IMG/VR virus record: IMGVR_UViG_3300028610_002076
Coordinates: 1 to 34,354 of that record
Strand: one strand, 5' to 3'
Source: a virus
Lineage: Duplodnaviria; Caudoviricetes
Length of the DNA: 34,354 nt
Position numbers and translations under genes: made by a program. Below are positions 5,960-15,012 of the stretch, piece by piece. Under the pieces are notes generated by a model. That model made no database searches, was not told the DNA's origin, and saw only the letters and a program-made list of their open reading frames with translations. The first letter of the stretch is position 1, and each line of letters starts with the position of its first letter.

Positions 5960-6230
5960 AGACGGAAAGGAAATTAAGGAATTAGATTTAGGTATAGTAG
6001 AAGCAGGAACAAGTAAGAAATATGAATATTTAATATATAATGATGCTGAAGTAGAAGTAACTGATATAAAGGTATTAATAGGTCATGATGAAGTACAAAT
6101 TTTAGATTTTCCTAAAGAATTAGAATCTAAACAAAAAGGTTCACTTACAATAAAATGGTCGCCTTCTTTAACATTAAAAAGAGGCTTACAAACTTTAATC
6201 AAATTAGCTGGTACGGAGCTGTACCGTTGA
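5943..6230 (+). CDS. small beta-sandwich (Ig-like) protein
   Basis: 95 aa, 'LDLGIVEAG...YLIYN...LTIKWSP' pattern typical of Ig-like folds; GAGG SD. Confidence 0.6.
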   Translation: MKLLTRDGKEIKELDLGIVEAGTSKKYEYLIYNDAEVEVTDIKVLIGHDEVQILDFPKELESKQKGSLTIKWSPSLTLKRGLQTLIKLAGTELYR

Positions 6231-6856
6231 AAAGAGTTTATACTAAAGTAACTAAAAAATTTTTAGAACAAGAATATTTAGGAAATAAAAAAACCATTCA
6301 AAAAATAGCAAATAAAATTGGTTGCAGTTATACTTATATATGTAATAGGATGATTGAATTTAATATTGATAGAAGAAGTTTTAAAGAATTAACTCAAGGT
6401 AAAAATAATCCTTTCTTTGGTAAACATCATACAGAAGAAAGTAAAAGAAAAAGAGCTTTAAATATGCCTGACCAATCAGGTATAAATAATCCCATGTTTA
6501 ATAAATATCATTCTGAAGAAGCTAAAGAAAAAATAAGACAAAAAGCTATAGGCAGAAAACATACTAACGAAACTAAAAAAAGAATGAGTTTATCACATGG
6601 TGGAACAGGAATTAAAAAAGATGATGATTATCCATATGAATATTTCAAAATAAGAAACAAAATATTAAAAAGAGATAATTATATTTGTCAACTTTGTTTA
6701 GAATATGGAAATGAAGTTCATCACATTGACTATGATAAAGATAATAATGAAGAATGGAATTTATGTTGTTCATGTATTAAATGTAATAGAAAAGTTAATT
6801 ATAATAGAGAATATTGGAAAAATTATTTTCAATCCAAAAGTAAGGTATTAATATAA
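6227..6856 (+). CDS. HNH homing endonuclease with NUMOD3 repeats
   Basis: NPFFGKHHTEESK / NPMFNKYHSEEAKEKI / GRKHTNETKKRMS repeats; CQLC...VHHIDYDKDNN..NL...CIKCN. Probable start TTG 6227 (GGAG SD upstream, overlapping the upstream TGA) rather than 6155. Confidence 0.9.
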   Translation: MKRVYTKVTKKFLEQEYLGNKKTIQKIANKIGCSYTYICNRMIEFNIDRRSFKELTQGKNNPFFGKHHTEESKRKRALNMPDQSGINNPMFNKYHSEEAKEKIRQKAIGRKHTNETKKRMSLSHGGTGIKKDDDYPYEYFKIRNKILKRDNYICQLCLEYGNEVHHIDYDKDNNEEWNLCCSCIKCNRKVNYNREYWKNYFQSKSKVLI

Positions 6857-8745
6857 TGCCAGAAGGTTTTGAGTATCATAAAGATTTAACTGGAGCAGAA
6901 ATTCATGTTCCAGGATATACACAAGCAACAGATCCTGGAGCAGTAGGAGTTAGTAAATATTGGATAGACACTACATCAGGTGCAGGTGCTTGGATATTAA
7001 AAGTTAGAAATGTTGCTAATACAGGTTGGGAAGTAATAGCTGGTTCTGAAACAATGTCACATGCTCAATTAAATGATATGCCTGATACTGGTGGAATTAA
7101 TACTGACCATGATGCAAGATATTATACAGAAACAGAAATAAATACTGCTTTGGATTTAAAAGCAGACAAAACTACTATTATTTCAGCAGGTGTTGGATTG
7201 TTAGGAGGTGGAGATATATCAACTAATAGAATTTTGGCTGTTGATACTTCTCTTATTGCTACAATCGCTTATGTTAATGCTCAAAATCCAGAATTATATT
7301 GGGATAGACCTTCTGGTGGAATAACAATTATGCCATTTACTCCAAATGATAGCTTGGATATGGGTAGTGGCAATATTACTACTTCAGGCACATTAGATTC
7401 TTCCAATATGGCATTTGAAAAGGTTGCAGGAAAACTTACCTCTATTACTCCTGTTGCTGACCTTGACGATATGTCCGTAGGTGGAACGCCTACAGCTTTG
7501 GCATATACACAATACCGAGTTCAGATAGATTTAGCGGCAGGAACAGACACTTTCAAATGGAGCAATGACAATGGTTCTTCTTGGGAAGTAGAAGATGTTA
7601 CGATTACAGGTTCAGCACAAACACTTGAGAATGGCATTGAAGTAACTTTTGGTGCTACCACAGGACACACTCTTGGTGATAAGTGGGATTTTGATGTAGG
7701 CACAGTTATAATGCAGAAAAACCCTGTTTATGACGAGGACTTTCTTTTTGGCTCACCTCAACTTGCAGATGATGGGGATACTGACCACGATAAACGTATG
7801 TGGTTTGACAAATCAAAAGGAGCGTTTAGGGTAGGGCGTGTAACTGGTGATGACTGGGATGATTCTAATGTAGGCAATTATTCAGTAGCAATGGGTAACA
7901 ACTCAACAGCAAGCGGAACTTACAGCACAGCAATAGGTTCTTATGCAACAGCAAGTGGATCCTCCAGCATAGCAATGGGAGGGGACGCAATAGCAAGTGG
8001 TAACACCTCTATAGCAATGGGTAGTAGCTCAGAAGCAAGCGGTCCCTACAGTATAACAATGGGTGCTAGCTCAACAGCAACTGCCTACGCTGCTACAGCA
8101 ATGGGATATTATTGTAATGCAACTGCATCCTATGCCACAGCAATGGGAGGTAGTACAGCAGCAAGTGGTTTCTACAGTATGGCAATGGGGAACCAGACAA
8201 CAGCACAAGCATTTGCTTCTACAGTTCTTGGAAGATATAATGTCATTAGTGGAACTACTGACTCGTGGGAAGCTACTGAACCTGTATTTGTTATTGGGAT
8301 TGGGGCAAGTGCTGGTAGTCCTGCCAATGCTATGACAGTATTAAAGAATGGCAACATTGGCATCGGCGTAACAGACCCCCACTCTAAACTTGAAGTAAAC
8401 GGAGCAATATCCACTGGACAAGGGTTATTGGTTGCATCAGACCAGACAGAGAATGCTTATGATGTCTCAGGAATAAATTGCCTTATGATAGACTGCTCAG
8501 GTCCCGCTTCTGTTACAATCGGTGGATTTTCAGGTGGGGTCGCAGGACAATTTTTACACGTAATGAAGATAGATGATACTGCTGGAGAGTTTGCTAAATT
8601 AACACATGGGTCAGGGGCAGGAACACAAAAGATATACTTGCACGCAGGAGCAGATGAGACACTGACAGCAAATTATGGAGGTTGGCAACTTGGGTGTGAT
8701 GGAACAAGTTGGTTTGATGCTTCACACTCAAAACACGTGCCGTAA
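6856..8745 (+). CDS. fibre/adhesin protein with YadA-head (Hep/Hag-like) beta-roll repeats
   Basis: About nine 14-aa 'S.AMG....ASG' repeats (7876-8241), neck-like 'GNIGIGVTDPHSKLEVNG', and a 'DHDARYYTETE' fibre motif. Confidence 0.8.
   Translation: MPEGFEYHKDLTGAEIHVPGYTQATDPGAVGVSKYWIDTTSGAGAWILKVRNVANTGWEVIAGSETMSHAQLNDMPDTGGINTDHDARYYTETEINTALDLKADKTTIISAGVGLLGGGDISTNRILAVDTSLIATIAYVNAQNPELYWDRPSGGITIMPFTPNDSLDMGSGNITTSGTLDSSNMAFEKVAGKLTSITPVADLDDMSVGGTPTALAYTQYRVQIDLAAGTDTFKWSNDNGSSWEVEDVTITGSAQTLENGIEVTFGATTGHTLGDKWDFDVGTVIMQKNPVYDEDFLFGSPQLADDGDTDHDKRMWFDKSKGAFRVGRVTGDDWDDSNVGNYSVAMGNNSTASGTYSTAIGSYATASGSSSIAMGGDAIASGNTSIAMGSSSEASGPYSITMGASSTATAYAATAMGYYCNATASYATAMGGSTAASGFYSMAMGNQTTAQAFASTVLGRYNVISGTTDSWEATEPVFVIGIGASAGSPANAMTVLKNGNIGIGVTDPHSKLEVNGAISTGQGLLVASDQTENAYDVSGINCLMIDCSGPASVTIGGFSGGVAGQFLHVMKIDDTAGEFAKLTHGSGAGTQKIYLHAGADETLTANYGGWQLGCDGTSWFDASHSKHVP
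7876..8241 (+). repeat. 42-bp coding tandem repeat (about 9 copies)
   Basis: GCAATGGG...GCAAG(T/C)GG recurs every 42 nt. Confidence 0.85.
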
Positions 8746-8794
8746 TTAAGAAGGTAGGAAATTAACTTTTATTAAAAATAAGGAGAAGTAAGAA

Positions 8795-9094
8795 ATGAAA
8801 AAAATTAATTTTAATGTTGAAATCAAAAATTTAAAAAAAGAACCAGTAAAATCAGGTAATGAAGTTATGACTGCAGCAAAAGTGATTGCTAATAGTTTAA
8901 GTATAAGTAAACCTAAAAATCCACAAAAAGATGCAGTAAGACAATATAAATTGGCTTTAACTATTTATGATAAGAAAGAAGCAACAGATATTGAAGATGC
9001 AGATTTAGAAGTGATAAAAGAGGTATTAAATAGAAATGAATTAGGTTATACTTCATTAGTTTTAGGTCAGGTTTTTGAAATATTAAATAAGTAA
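8795..9094 (+). CDS. small helical protein, probable fibre assembly chaperone
   Basis: 99 aa immediately after the fibre gene; AAGGAG SD; function inferred from position. Confidence 0.55.
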   Translation: MKKINFNVEIKNLKKEPVKSGNEVMTAAKVIANSLSISKPKNPQKDAVRQYKLALTIYDKKEATDIEDADLEVIKEVLNRNELGYTSLVLGQVFEILNK

Positions 9095-9095
9095 T

Positions 9096-9692
9096 ATGGC
9101 ATACAAATTTACTTATGTTCATACTAGTGTTGATAAAAAGGTTATTACAAGTAGAAACAGAATTGTTGTTTTACAAGCTATTCCTGTTGGTGGAGGTGGC
9201 GGTGGTCTTTTAGAGATACCTACATATGTTAAAATACCATTTGAGATAGAAATGGATGTAGATGGTATTAAAGCTTTTAAAATTAAAAGACTTTATAGTG
9301 TGTTTGGTGAAATTAGAAAACTTGTTGTAGCATTAATCAATATTTTAGGTATTGTTAGTAAATCAAAAATTAAAGAATTATCATTAAATGGTGTTTCTTC
9401 CAAAGTTCTTGATGAAGTTTTACCATTGAGAGGAACTAAAACAAATATTGTTTCTAGTTTTAATCATGTTTATGGTAAAGTTGAATTTAAAGTTGTTACT
9501 GAACAATTTTTAAAAGGTATAATAAATCAAGAATTAAAAATATCTAATCATTTAATTGGAACAAAGAAATTTACAGATAAAAGAGAATTAAATACTATAG
9601 GAGCAAAATTAAATCCTATTCGATTAGATTATGATATAACAGGTAAAAGAGATAGAAGAAAGATAATATTGTCAATATTAAATATTGAATAG
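9096..9692 (+). CDS. hypothetical protein
   Basis: 198-aa ORF coupled to its neighbours; Gly run; basic beta-rich sequence. Confidence 0.7.
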   Translation: MAYKFTYVHTSVDKKVITSRNRIVVLQAIPVGGGGGGLLEIPTYVKIPFEIEMDVDGIKAFKIKRLYSVFGEIRKLVVALINILGIVSKSKIKELSLNGVSSKVLDEVLPLRGTKTNIVSSFNHVYGKVEFKVVTEQFLKGIINQELKISNHLIGTKKFTDKRELNTIGAKLNPIRLDYDITGKRDRRKIILSILNIE

Positions 9693-9706
9693 AGGATTGA
9701 AACAAA

Positions 9707-11368
9707 ATGGAAAATAGAATAGAAATATTTCTTAAAGATATGACGTTTAATACAAGATTTGAATTTTTAGAAGAATCTAAAAATAAGATTGAATTAGAAA
9801 AAATAGCAGCGAAGAGAGGAATTGTGCTTCCTGCCCATGATTTAGCAGTATTCAAAGGTGTATATGCTTATGTTGATAGAATGAACAAAAATAAATGCAC
9901 TTTACCTAAAGAAGAAGTTGAAAAAGCAATAAAAACTTTAATTGGTAAAGCTGTAGATTTTGACCATCTTCGTAAAAGAGTTGTAGGTCATTGGGTTGAA
10001 GCTGAAGTTATAGGAGATGAAATTATTGCTTATGGAGTCTTTTATAAAGGCAATTTTAAAGAAGAATATAATGATATAAAAGATTTAATGGAAAAAGATA
10101 CATTAGCTATTTCTTTTGAAGCTTGGGGTAATCGTAATTATGGTAAAGACAAATCTTATAGTTTAACTGATATAGAATTTGCAGGTGGAGCATTATTAAT
10201 GAAAACTGAACCTGCTTTTGATGGTGCTGAAGTAATAGAAATGTCTAAAAGAGAAAGAGTATTAGAATTTGCTAAAGTTATGACACCACCAAAAGAATAT
10301 ATTCATACTGGAGATATAAAAATAGAAAAAACTGATATAGATAACTTACCAGAGATGGCACGTTTTCATGTTTATGATATTGCTGGAATTATGAAATTGA
10401 TAAGTGAAGTTGATTGTTTGAGTTGCAAAGAAAAAGGTTTTTCAGATGTTCTTATGATAGATTTTGAAAATAACAAATCTAGAATTAAATGTTATAATTG
10501 TGGTGCTATTATGAATGTAGATTTAACACCATCTGCTAAATTAGTGAAAAAAGGAAGAAAAATTAAAAAGATAGCAATGGTTCAAAAAGCATCTATCGAC
10601 AAAAATGGAAAAAAGATAGATAGTAAAATAGAACCCGATAATAAAAACACAAAAGGAGTTAAAGAATTATCTATGAAAAAATTATTAGAACAATATAAAG
10701 TAGAAACAGTTGAAGGTTTATTTCAAGCAATTGCTAAAGTTTCAATTGATAGAGAATTAACTGCTGATGAATTAGAAAAAGCTTATACTTTAGTAGATTT
10801 AAAAGGTACAACAAAAGATCCTAACGATACTTCTCTGTTAAAGGTTCAAACTAAAAAATCTGATGCTAATGAAACTTCTTTAATTAATGCTAGTATTACT
10901 GAAGATGAAGTTAAAGGTATGATAACTAAAATAGTTAAAGAAACTAAAGATGCTGCTGAAGCTAAAGTAAAAGAAGATGCTGCTAAAGCTAAAGATGCTG
11001 AAATTGCTAAATTAAAAGCTGACAATATTAAGATTAAAGAAGATTTAGATAAAGCAAATGCTAAAGTTAAAGAGTTAGATGGTAAAGTTATTAAACTTGA
11101 TAAAGCTGAAAGAGACAAAAAGATTAAAGCTCGTAGAGATGAATTAGGTGAAAAAATTACTAAAGATATGAAAGATGAAGATATTCTTGATGAAAATAAA
11201 TTTAAGATGGCAAAGTTAGAAAGAGACAATGCTACGTTAAGAGCTGCAAAACCTGAAGCTGCTAAAAAACTTGATTTAACTATAGGTTCGAAAGACAAAG
11301 GTTCTGCTTCTTCAGAAGAAGTAAGTAGATCTAAAGTTCAAGATTATGCTTATCCCGATAAAAAATAA
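9707..11368 (+). CDS. prohead protease fused to Zn ribbon and coiled-coil scaffold
   Basis: 'AVDFDH...VVGH' (His), 'AISFE' (Ser) and 'GGALL...PAF..A' motifs of HK97-type maturation proteases; CLSC/CYNC; Ala/Lys/Asp coiled-coil C-terminus; upstream of the capsid gene. Confidence 0.8.
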   Translation: MENRIEIFLKDMTFNTRFEFLEESKNKIELEKIAAKRGIVLPAHDLAVFKGVYAYVDRMNKNKCTLPKEEVEKAIKTLIGKAVDFDHLRKRVVGHWVEAEVIGDEIIAYGVFYKGNFKEEYNDIKDLMEKDTLAISFEAWGNRNYGKDKSYSLTDIEFAGGALLMKTEPAFDGAEVIEMSKRERVLEFAKVMTPPKEYIHTGDIKIEKTDIDNLPEMARFHVYDIAGIMKLISEVDCLSCKEKGFSDVLMIDFENNKSRIKCYNCGAIMNVDLTPSAKLVKKGRKIKKIAMVQKASIDKNGKKIDSKIEPDNKNTKGVKELSMKKLLEQYKVETVEGLFQAIAKVSIDRELTADELEKAYTLVDLKGTTKDPNDTSLLKVQTKKSDANETSLINASITEDEVKGMITKIVKETKDAAEAKVKEDAAKAKDAEIAKLKADNIKIKEDLDKANAKVKELDGKVIKLDKAERDKKIKARRDELGEKITKDMKDEDILDENKFKMAKLERDNATLRAAKPEAAKKLDLTIGSKDKGSASSEEVSRSKVQDYAYPDKK

Positions 11369-11450
11369 AGATCCAAAAAATACAAAAGGCTCTTCCTAAT
11401 AACATTAGGTGAGAGATAAAAAATTAAAATTCAAGGAGGAATTATTCTAA

Positions 11451-12365
11451 ATGAAATATGATAGTCTAGAAATATCTAGAATTATAGGTGAACCTAATGA
11501 TCCTCGTAGACGATATCCTTTACTGGTAAATGATGTATGTAATGTTGATAGTGCTGATCCTAATGAATACGTTTATCAATTTGATGTGTTACTGGAAACT
11601 GATAAAGTTTATATAATTACTGCTACTGGTGCTGTTACTACTGAAAATGTTGCTACTGATACTCCAGTTGAAATAAGTTTTGCTGATATTGCTACACCAG
11701 AATATTATGTTAAAATTATTGATTTAGCTAAAGCTAAAGAAAGAGTTCTTGCTAGAAAAAATAAAACGATTAATAGAGCTTTAAATGCTGAAGAAAATTA
11801 TAGAGTTATTACTTTATTAGATGCTGCTGCTATTGCTAGAGGTAATATTAATGATTTAAAATCTGGTGAACTTTCTTTTAATTATGCTCATCTTATTGAT
11901 ATGATTGACCAAGTTATTGATTATAGTGAAGATTATGTTTTAGTTGCTGGAACTCAAATTGATAAAGATATTAAGTTATGGGATTGGACTGACGATAAAC
12001 ATCACAGTTTAAAAGAAGCTTTTGCTGATTTAGGAGTTACTGTTCGTAGAGTTAAACAAACAGTTACAAGAGATGGAAGCTCAACTACTGTTTTAGGTAG
12101 TAACCTTTGTTATTTAGCTGGAACCATTACTGAGTTACCTGGTAAACCCTTATTGTTTGTTAGGAAGAGAATGAACGAAATTGATAGATTAGGTGGAATA
12201 ATCTCCACTACAGGAGATCAAGCTGAGAGATTAGTGTTTACTTCTCCCAACCCTGTTCAAGTTAGTACTACTCGTTATTTAGCTGTTGGTTTAACTGGTT
12301 ATGAAGAAGTAGCTATTGCTACTCAAAATAGTTATGCTATTAGTAAATTTGAAAGAACTGTTTAA
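11451..12365 (+). CDS. major capsid protein
   Basis: 304 aa after the protease/scaffold; strong AAGGAGG SD; strongly biased codons; C-terminal 'GLTGYEEVAIA...NSYAI' as in HK97-fold capsids. Confidence 0.82.
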   Translation: MKYDSLEISRIIGEPNDPRRRYPLLVNDVCNVDSADPNEYVYQFDVLLETDKVYIITATGAVTTENVATDTPVEISFADIATPEYYVKIIDLAKAKERVLARKNKTINRALNAEENYRVITLLDAAAIARGNINDLKSGELSFNYAHLIDMIDQVIDYSEDYVLVAGTQIDKDIKLWDWTDDKHHSLKEAFADLGVTVRRVKQTVTRDGSSTTVLGSNLCYLAGTITELPGKPLLFVRKRMNEIDRLGGIISTTGDQAERLVFTSPNPVQVSTTRYLAVGLTGYEEVAIATQNSYAISKFERTV

Positions 12366-12381
12366 CAGTTTGACATAGATA

Positions 12382-12408
12382 GAAGGAAGGCAATGAAAAC
12401 CTTCCTTC
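12382..12408 (+). promoter_or_regulatory. stem-loop after the capsid gene, covering the SD/ATG of the next ORF
   Basis: GAAGGAAGG-CAATGAAAA-CCTTCCTTC, a perfect 9-bp stem with ATG 12393 in the loop; no U tract. Confidence 0.65.
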
Positions 12409-12902
12409 CCACAACGAAAAAAAATATAATGGTAGAACGTCTTAAAAAAACTAAAACAAAAGAACATCCTTGGTTATTAGATTATTTAGATAATAATGAG
12501 GATGCAGATTTTTATTATACTCAAGATAATGCTAGATTATATATTAGAGATGGAAGGAGTTTAAAAAACTTATTAAAAAATTCTGAACATATTTATACTT
12601 TATCAGATGAAGAAGGTTATGTAGGTGTTATATTAGTTTGGAAAAGTTTTGGGGGTGGAAAAAAGAGATATTATGTTAAAATTAATGCTTCTAATCCTGA
12701 TATAGCTCAAAAATTACTTACTGTTCTTTTATGGAATATTGATATAGATTTATTTATTAAAATGAGAAAAAATAATAAGTTTCTATCTATATTTAAAAAT
12801 AAAGGATTTAGATTCCAAGGAGGAAGAGGAATACAAATTCTTTTAAAAAGAAAATATATAAAACCGAGGAATTATAATGGCAGTGACATTAACAAATATT
12901 GA
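12393..12902 (+). CDS. GNAT-fold-like protein (divergent)
   Basis: 'EEGYVGVILV', 'IAQKLL..LL' and 'KNNKFLSIFKNKGFRFQG' resemble GNAT motifs; the start may be ATG 12429. Confidence 0.5.
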   Translation: MKTFLPTTKKNIMVERLKKTKTKEHPWLLDYLDNNEDADFYYTQDNARLYIRDGRSLKNLLKNSEHIYTLSDEEGYVGVILVWKSFGGGKKRYYVKINASNPDIAQKLLTVLLWNIDIDLFIKMRKNNKFLSIFKNKGFRFQGGRGIQILLKRKYIKPRNYNGSDINKY

Positions 12903-13443
12903 ATCTATAGTAAGAAATCTTATAGGTGATGATTCTCATACTATGTCTCCTGGAGATATATTTATTTATTCTACTTCAGCTGTATTTACTTTAACAGAAT
13001 CCAGTGTTATTTCTGTGAGTACAGTATTACATAATGATGCTGAATTAGGTTCAGGAGAATGGAGTTATGATTCTGATACTAATAAAGTTACTGTAAGTGC
13101 TAGTTTGACTAGTAGTGACATTATAGAAATTCGTTACACCTATTATCCTAATTATTCTGTTACAGAAATCCAAAATCAAGTTAAATCTGCTATATCTCAT
13201 TTAAGTATAAATAATTATAAAACATGGATTATTCAAAATGATACAATATTTCCTGAACCTGAAGAAAGAGAAAAAAATCTAATAGGTGTTATTGCATCTA
13301 TTTTAATTAATCCTCCAATTCAGGTATATAGATTACCAGATATAACACTTAATTATCCTAGAGAAATAAACATGCATGATAAGATAAGTAAAACAATTTC
13401 AATCTTTAAGAAAAATGTACATGGAGTATTTGATATAATATAA
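12877..13443 (+). CDS. head-tail adaptor/connector
   Basis: 'IVRNLIGD' N-terminal motif; position after the capsid gene; GAGG SD. Confidence 0.6.
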   Translation: MAVTLTNIESIVRNLIGDDSHTMSPGDIFIYSTSAVFTLTESSVISVSTVLHNDAELGSGEWSYDSDTNKVTVSASLTSSDIIEIRYTYYPNYSVTEIQNQVKSAISHLSINNYKTWIIQNDTIFPEPEEREKNLIGVIASILINPPIQVYRLPDITLNYPREINMHDKISKTISIFKKNVHGVFDII

Positions 13444-13453
13444 AGGAACAAAT

Positions 13454-13768
13454 ATGGCATTTGTAAAATTAAGAGACATAAAAATAGAAGGAAATTTGTG
13501 GTTGGGTTCTACTATCAAAATTACTGCTATTTTTAATGAAGCACCAACCAGTGTCAATATTACTATAGAAGATTCGGCTGGAACAGATAAAGTAGATAGA
13601 GTAGCTATGACTCAAGTTTCTGAAGCTGATAAAGTTTGGGAATATACTTATCAAAGTAGCGAAAATGATAACGATGGGGATTATGAATTTTATATTAGAG
13701 CAACAAAGGGAAGTAATACATCTCTTGAAACAGGTAAATTTACATTATTCGATGCAGATGATGATTAA
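13454..13768 (+). CDS. Ig-like virion protein
   Basis: 104-aa all-beta pattern 'TIKITA.F...P.SVNITI.D...WEYTYQ....DGDYEFYIRA'. Confidence 0.6.
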   Translation: MAFVKLRDIKIEGNLWLGSTIKITAIFNEAPTSVNITIEDSAGTDKVDRVAMTQVSEADKVWEYTYQSSENDNDGDYEFYIRATKGSNTSLETGKFTLFDADDD

Positions 13769-13792
13769 TAAATATTTTAAGGAGAAAAAAGA

Positions 13793-13999
13793 ATGATAGA
13801 AGAACTTCAACCTTGGTTGGATTTAGCTAAAGATAATGCTAAACATATAGCAACATTAAATAGAGAAATGGGTGGAGTATTAAATGCTCTCTCATGGATT
13901 AGAGGGTTAATCTTTGCTCATCTTGCTGCTATGGGTGGTTTATTTGTAGTTGGAATGAGAAACATATATTGGACAAAAAAGAACGGAAATAAAAAATAA
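13793..13999 (+). CDS. small coiled-coil plus single-TM protein (holin-like)
   Basis: Hydrophobic 'WIRGLIFAHLAAMGGLFVVGM' segment and basic tail; AAGGAG SD. Confidence 0.5.
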   Translation: MIEELQPWLDLAKDNAKHIATLNREMGGVLNALSWIRGLIFAHLAAMGGLFVVGMRNIYWTKKNGNKK

Positions 14000-14199
14000 T
14001 GTTACAAATAAATGAGGAAGAACTCAGTAACATTATACATGAATTAGTTAAAATTGCTTCCATTTTAAAAACGATAGAAAATGGAAACTTAACTGCAGGA
14101 CAAAAACAAATTTTACATGGTTGTGAAACAAGACTACAAGAAATTAGAGAAAAATTGTTAAAATCTGTAACAGAAAAAGAGGAGGAGAAAAAAAAATGA
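13999..14199 (+). CDS. hypothetical coiled-coil protein
   Basis: 66 aa; TAATG overlap. Confidence 0.65.
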   Translation: MLQINEEELSNIIHELVKIASILKTIENGNLTAGQKQILHGCETRLQEIREKLLKSVTEKEEEKKK

Positions 14200-14438
14200 A
14201 CATTATCAAAAAGTTGTTATTATGGGTGCCAAAAAATTTAGTTGCTATTTTGGGTATTCTTCAAGTTGGAATTAAACTTGTAAAAGAAATTTTAACATTA
14301 ATTGTTGATTTACTTTATCCTGTTATTTCTAGTGAAAAATTTGAAGATATTGTTGATACAATAAGAGAAAAAGTAAATATGGTAGATGAGTGGGTTGAAA
14401 AAATTAAAGATTTTTTGTTAAATATAGGTATCTCATAA
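14196..14438 (+). CDS. amphipathic/membrane protein (holin-like)
   Basis: 80 aa; GGAGG SD; ATGA overlap; hydrophobic N-terminal half. Confidence 0.6.
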   Translation: MNIIKKLLLWVPKNLVAILGILQVGIKLVKEILTLIVDLLYPVISSEKFEDIVDTIREKVNMVDEWVEKIKDFLLNIGIS

Positions 14439-14623
14439 AAATAGCAGGATTTTTATGTGGATTTAAATATTTCAGAATTAAATTTGGTAAATATTTCTTT
14501 ATGTTTCTATACAATAAAGTTAAAATTGTAATAGATGATGAAGACACCTTTGGTAAGTGGAAACTTGTATGTAAAGGTTCGCCACCAGAAGTAAAGTGTC
14601 ATTGGGAAAGAATAAATGAGTAA
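14435..14623 (+). CDS. unlisted 62-codon ORF with an ATA start or reached by -1 frameshift
   Basis: Open frame IKIAGFLCGFKYFRIKFGKYFFMFLYNKVKIVIDDEDTFGKWKLVCKGSPPEVKCHWERINE* exactly spans the 14438-14616 gap and overlaps both neighbours. Confidence 0.5.
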   Translation: MKIAGFLCGFKYFRIKFGKYFFMFLYNKVKIVIDDEDTFGKWKLVCKGSPPEVKCHWERINE

Positions 14624-15011
14624 ACTAAGAAAAATAGGGTTTATAGACAAATTATTAAAAAATAAAGAACATTCTACTAAAATATATCTCTACTTTGCAA
14701 CTAAAACTGCAGGGGATGATTTCGATCCTTATGAAAAGAATTATATTTTTAGTAATTTAAATCCTTTAGTTGTCAAAGCTTATGTTAGAGAACTTACTTC
14801 TGAAGCTGCATTTTATAAACAATACGGATTACATCAAAGTGGAGCTAAAGAAATAATTTGTGAAGGTAGATGGAGAACAGCCTTTGAAAATGCGAACAAA
14901 ATAGAAATAGACAGCATAGAATATCAAACATTCAAAGGTGGAAATAATAAAACAACAATAACTAAACGACCATACAATATGGTGCGTGTGGTTGTTGTAA
15001 GGAAGGGATAA
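14616..15011 (+). CDS. head closure/stopper protein (SPP1 gp16/lambda FII-like)
   Basis: 131 aa beta-rich, 'DDFDPY...VKAYVREL...KIEIDSIEYQ'; position in the neck module. Confidence 0.6.
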   Translation: MSKLRKIGFIDKLLKNKEHSTKIYLYFATKTAGDDFDPYEKNYIFSNLNPLVVKAYVRELTSEAAFYKQYGLHQSGAKEIICEGRWRTAFENANKIEIDSIEYQTFKGGNNKTTITKRPYNMVRVVVVRKG

Positions 15012-15012
15012 A

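Noticed and set aside
6155-6226. N-terminal extension of the HNH ORF
   Set aside because: It overlaps the upstream gene by 76 nt; TTG 6227 with a GGAG SD and a 4-nt overlap is the more typical start.
6227-6856. Group I intron or intein around the HNH gene
   Set aside because: The ORF abuts both neighbours with no room for an intron core, and the flanking genes look complete, so it is a free-standing endonuclease.
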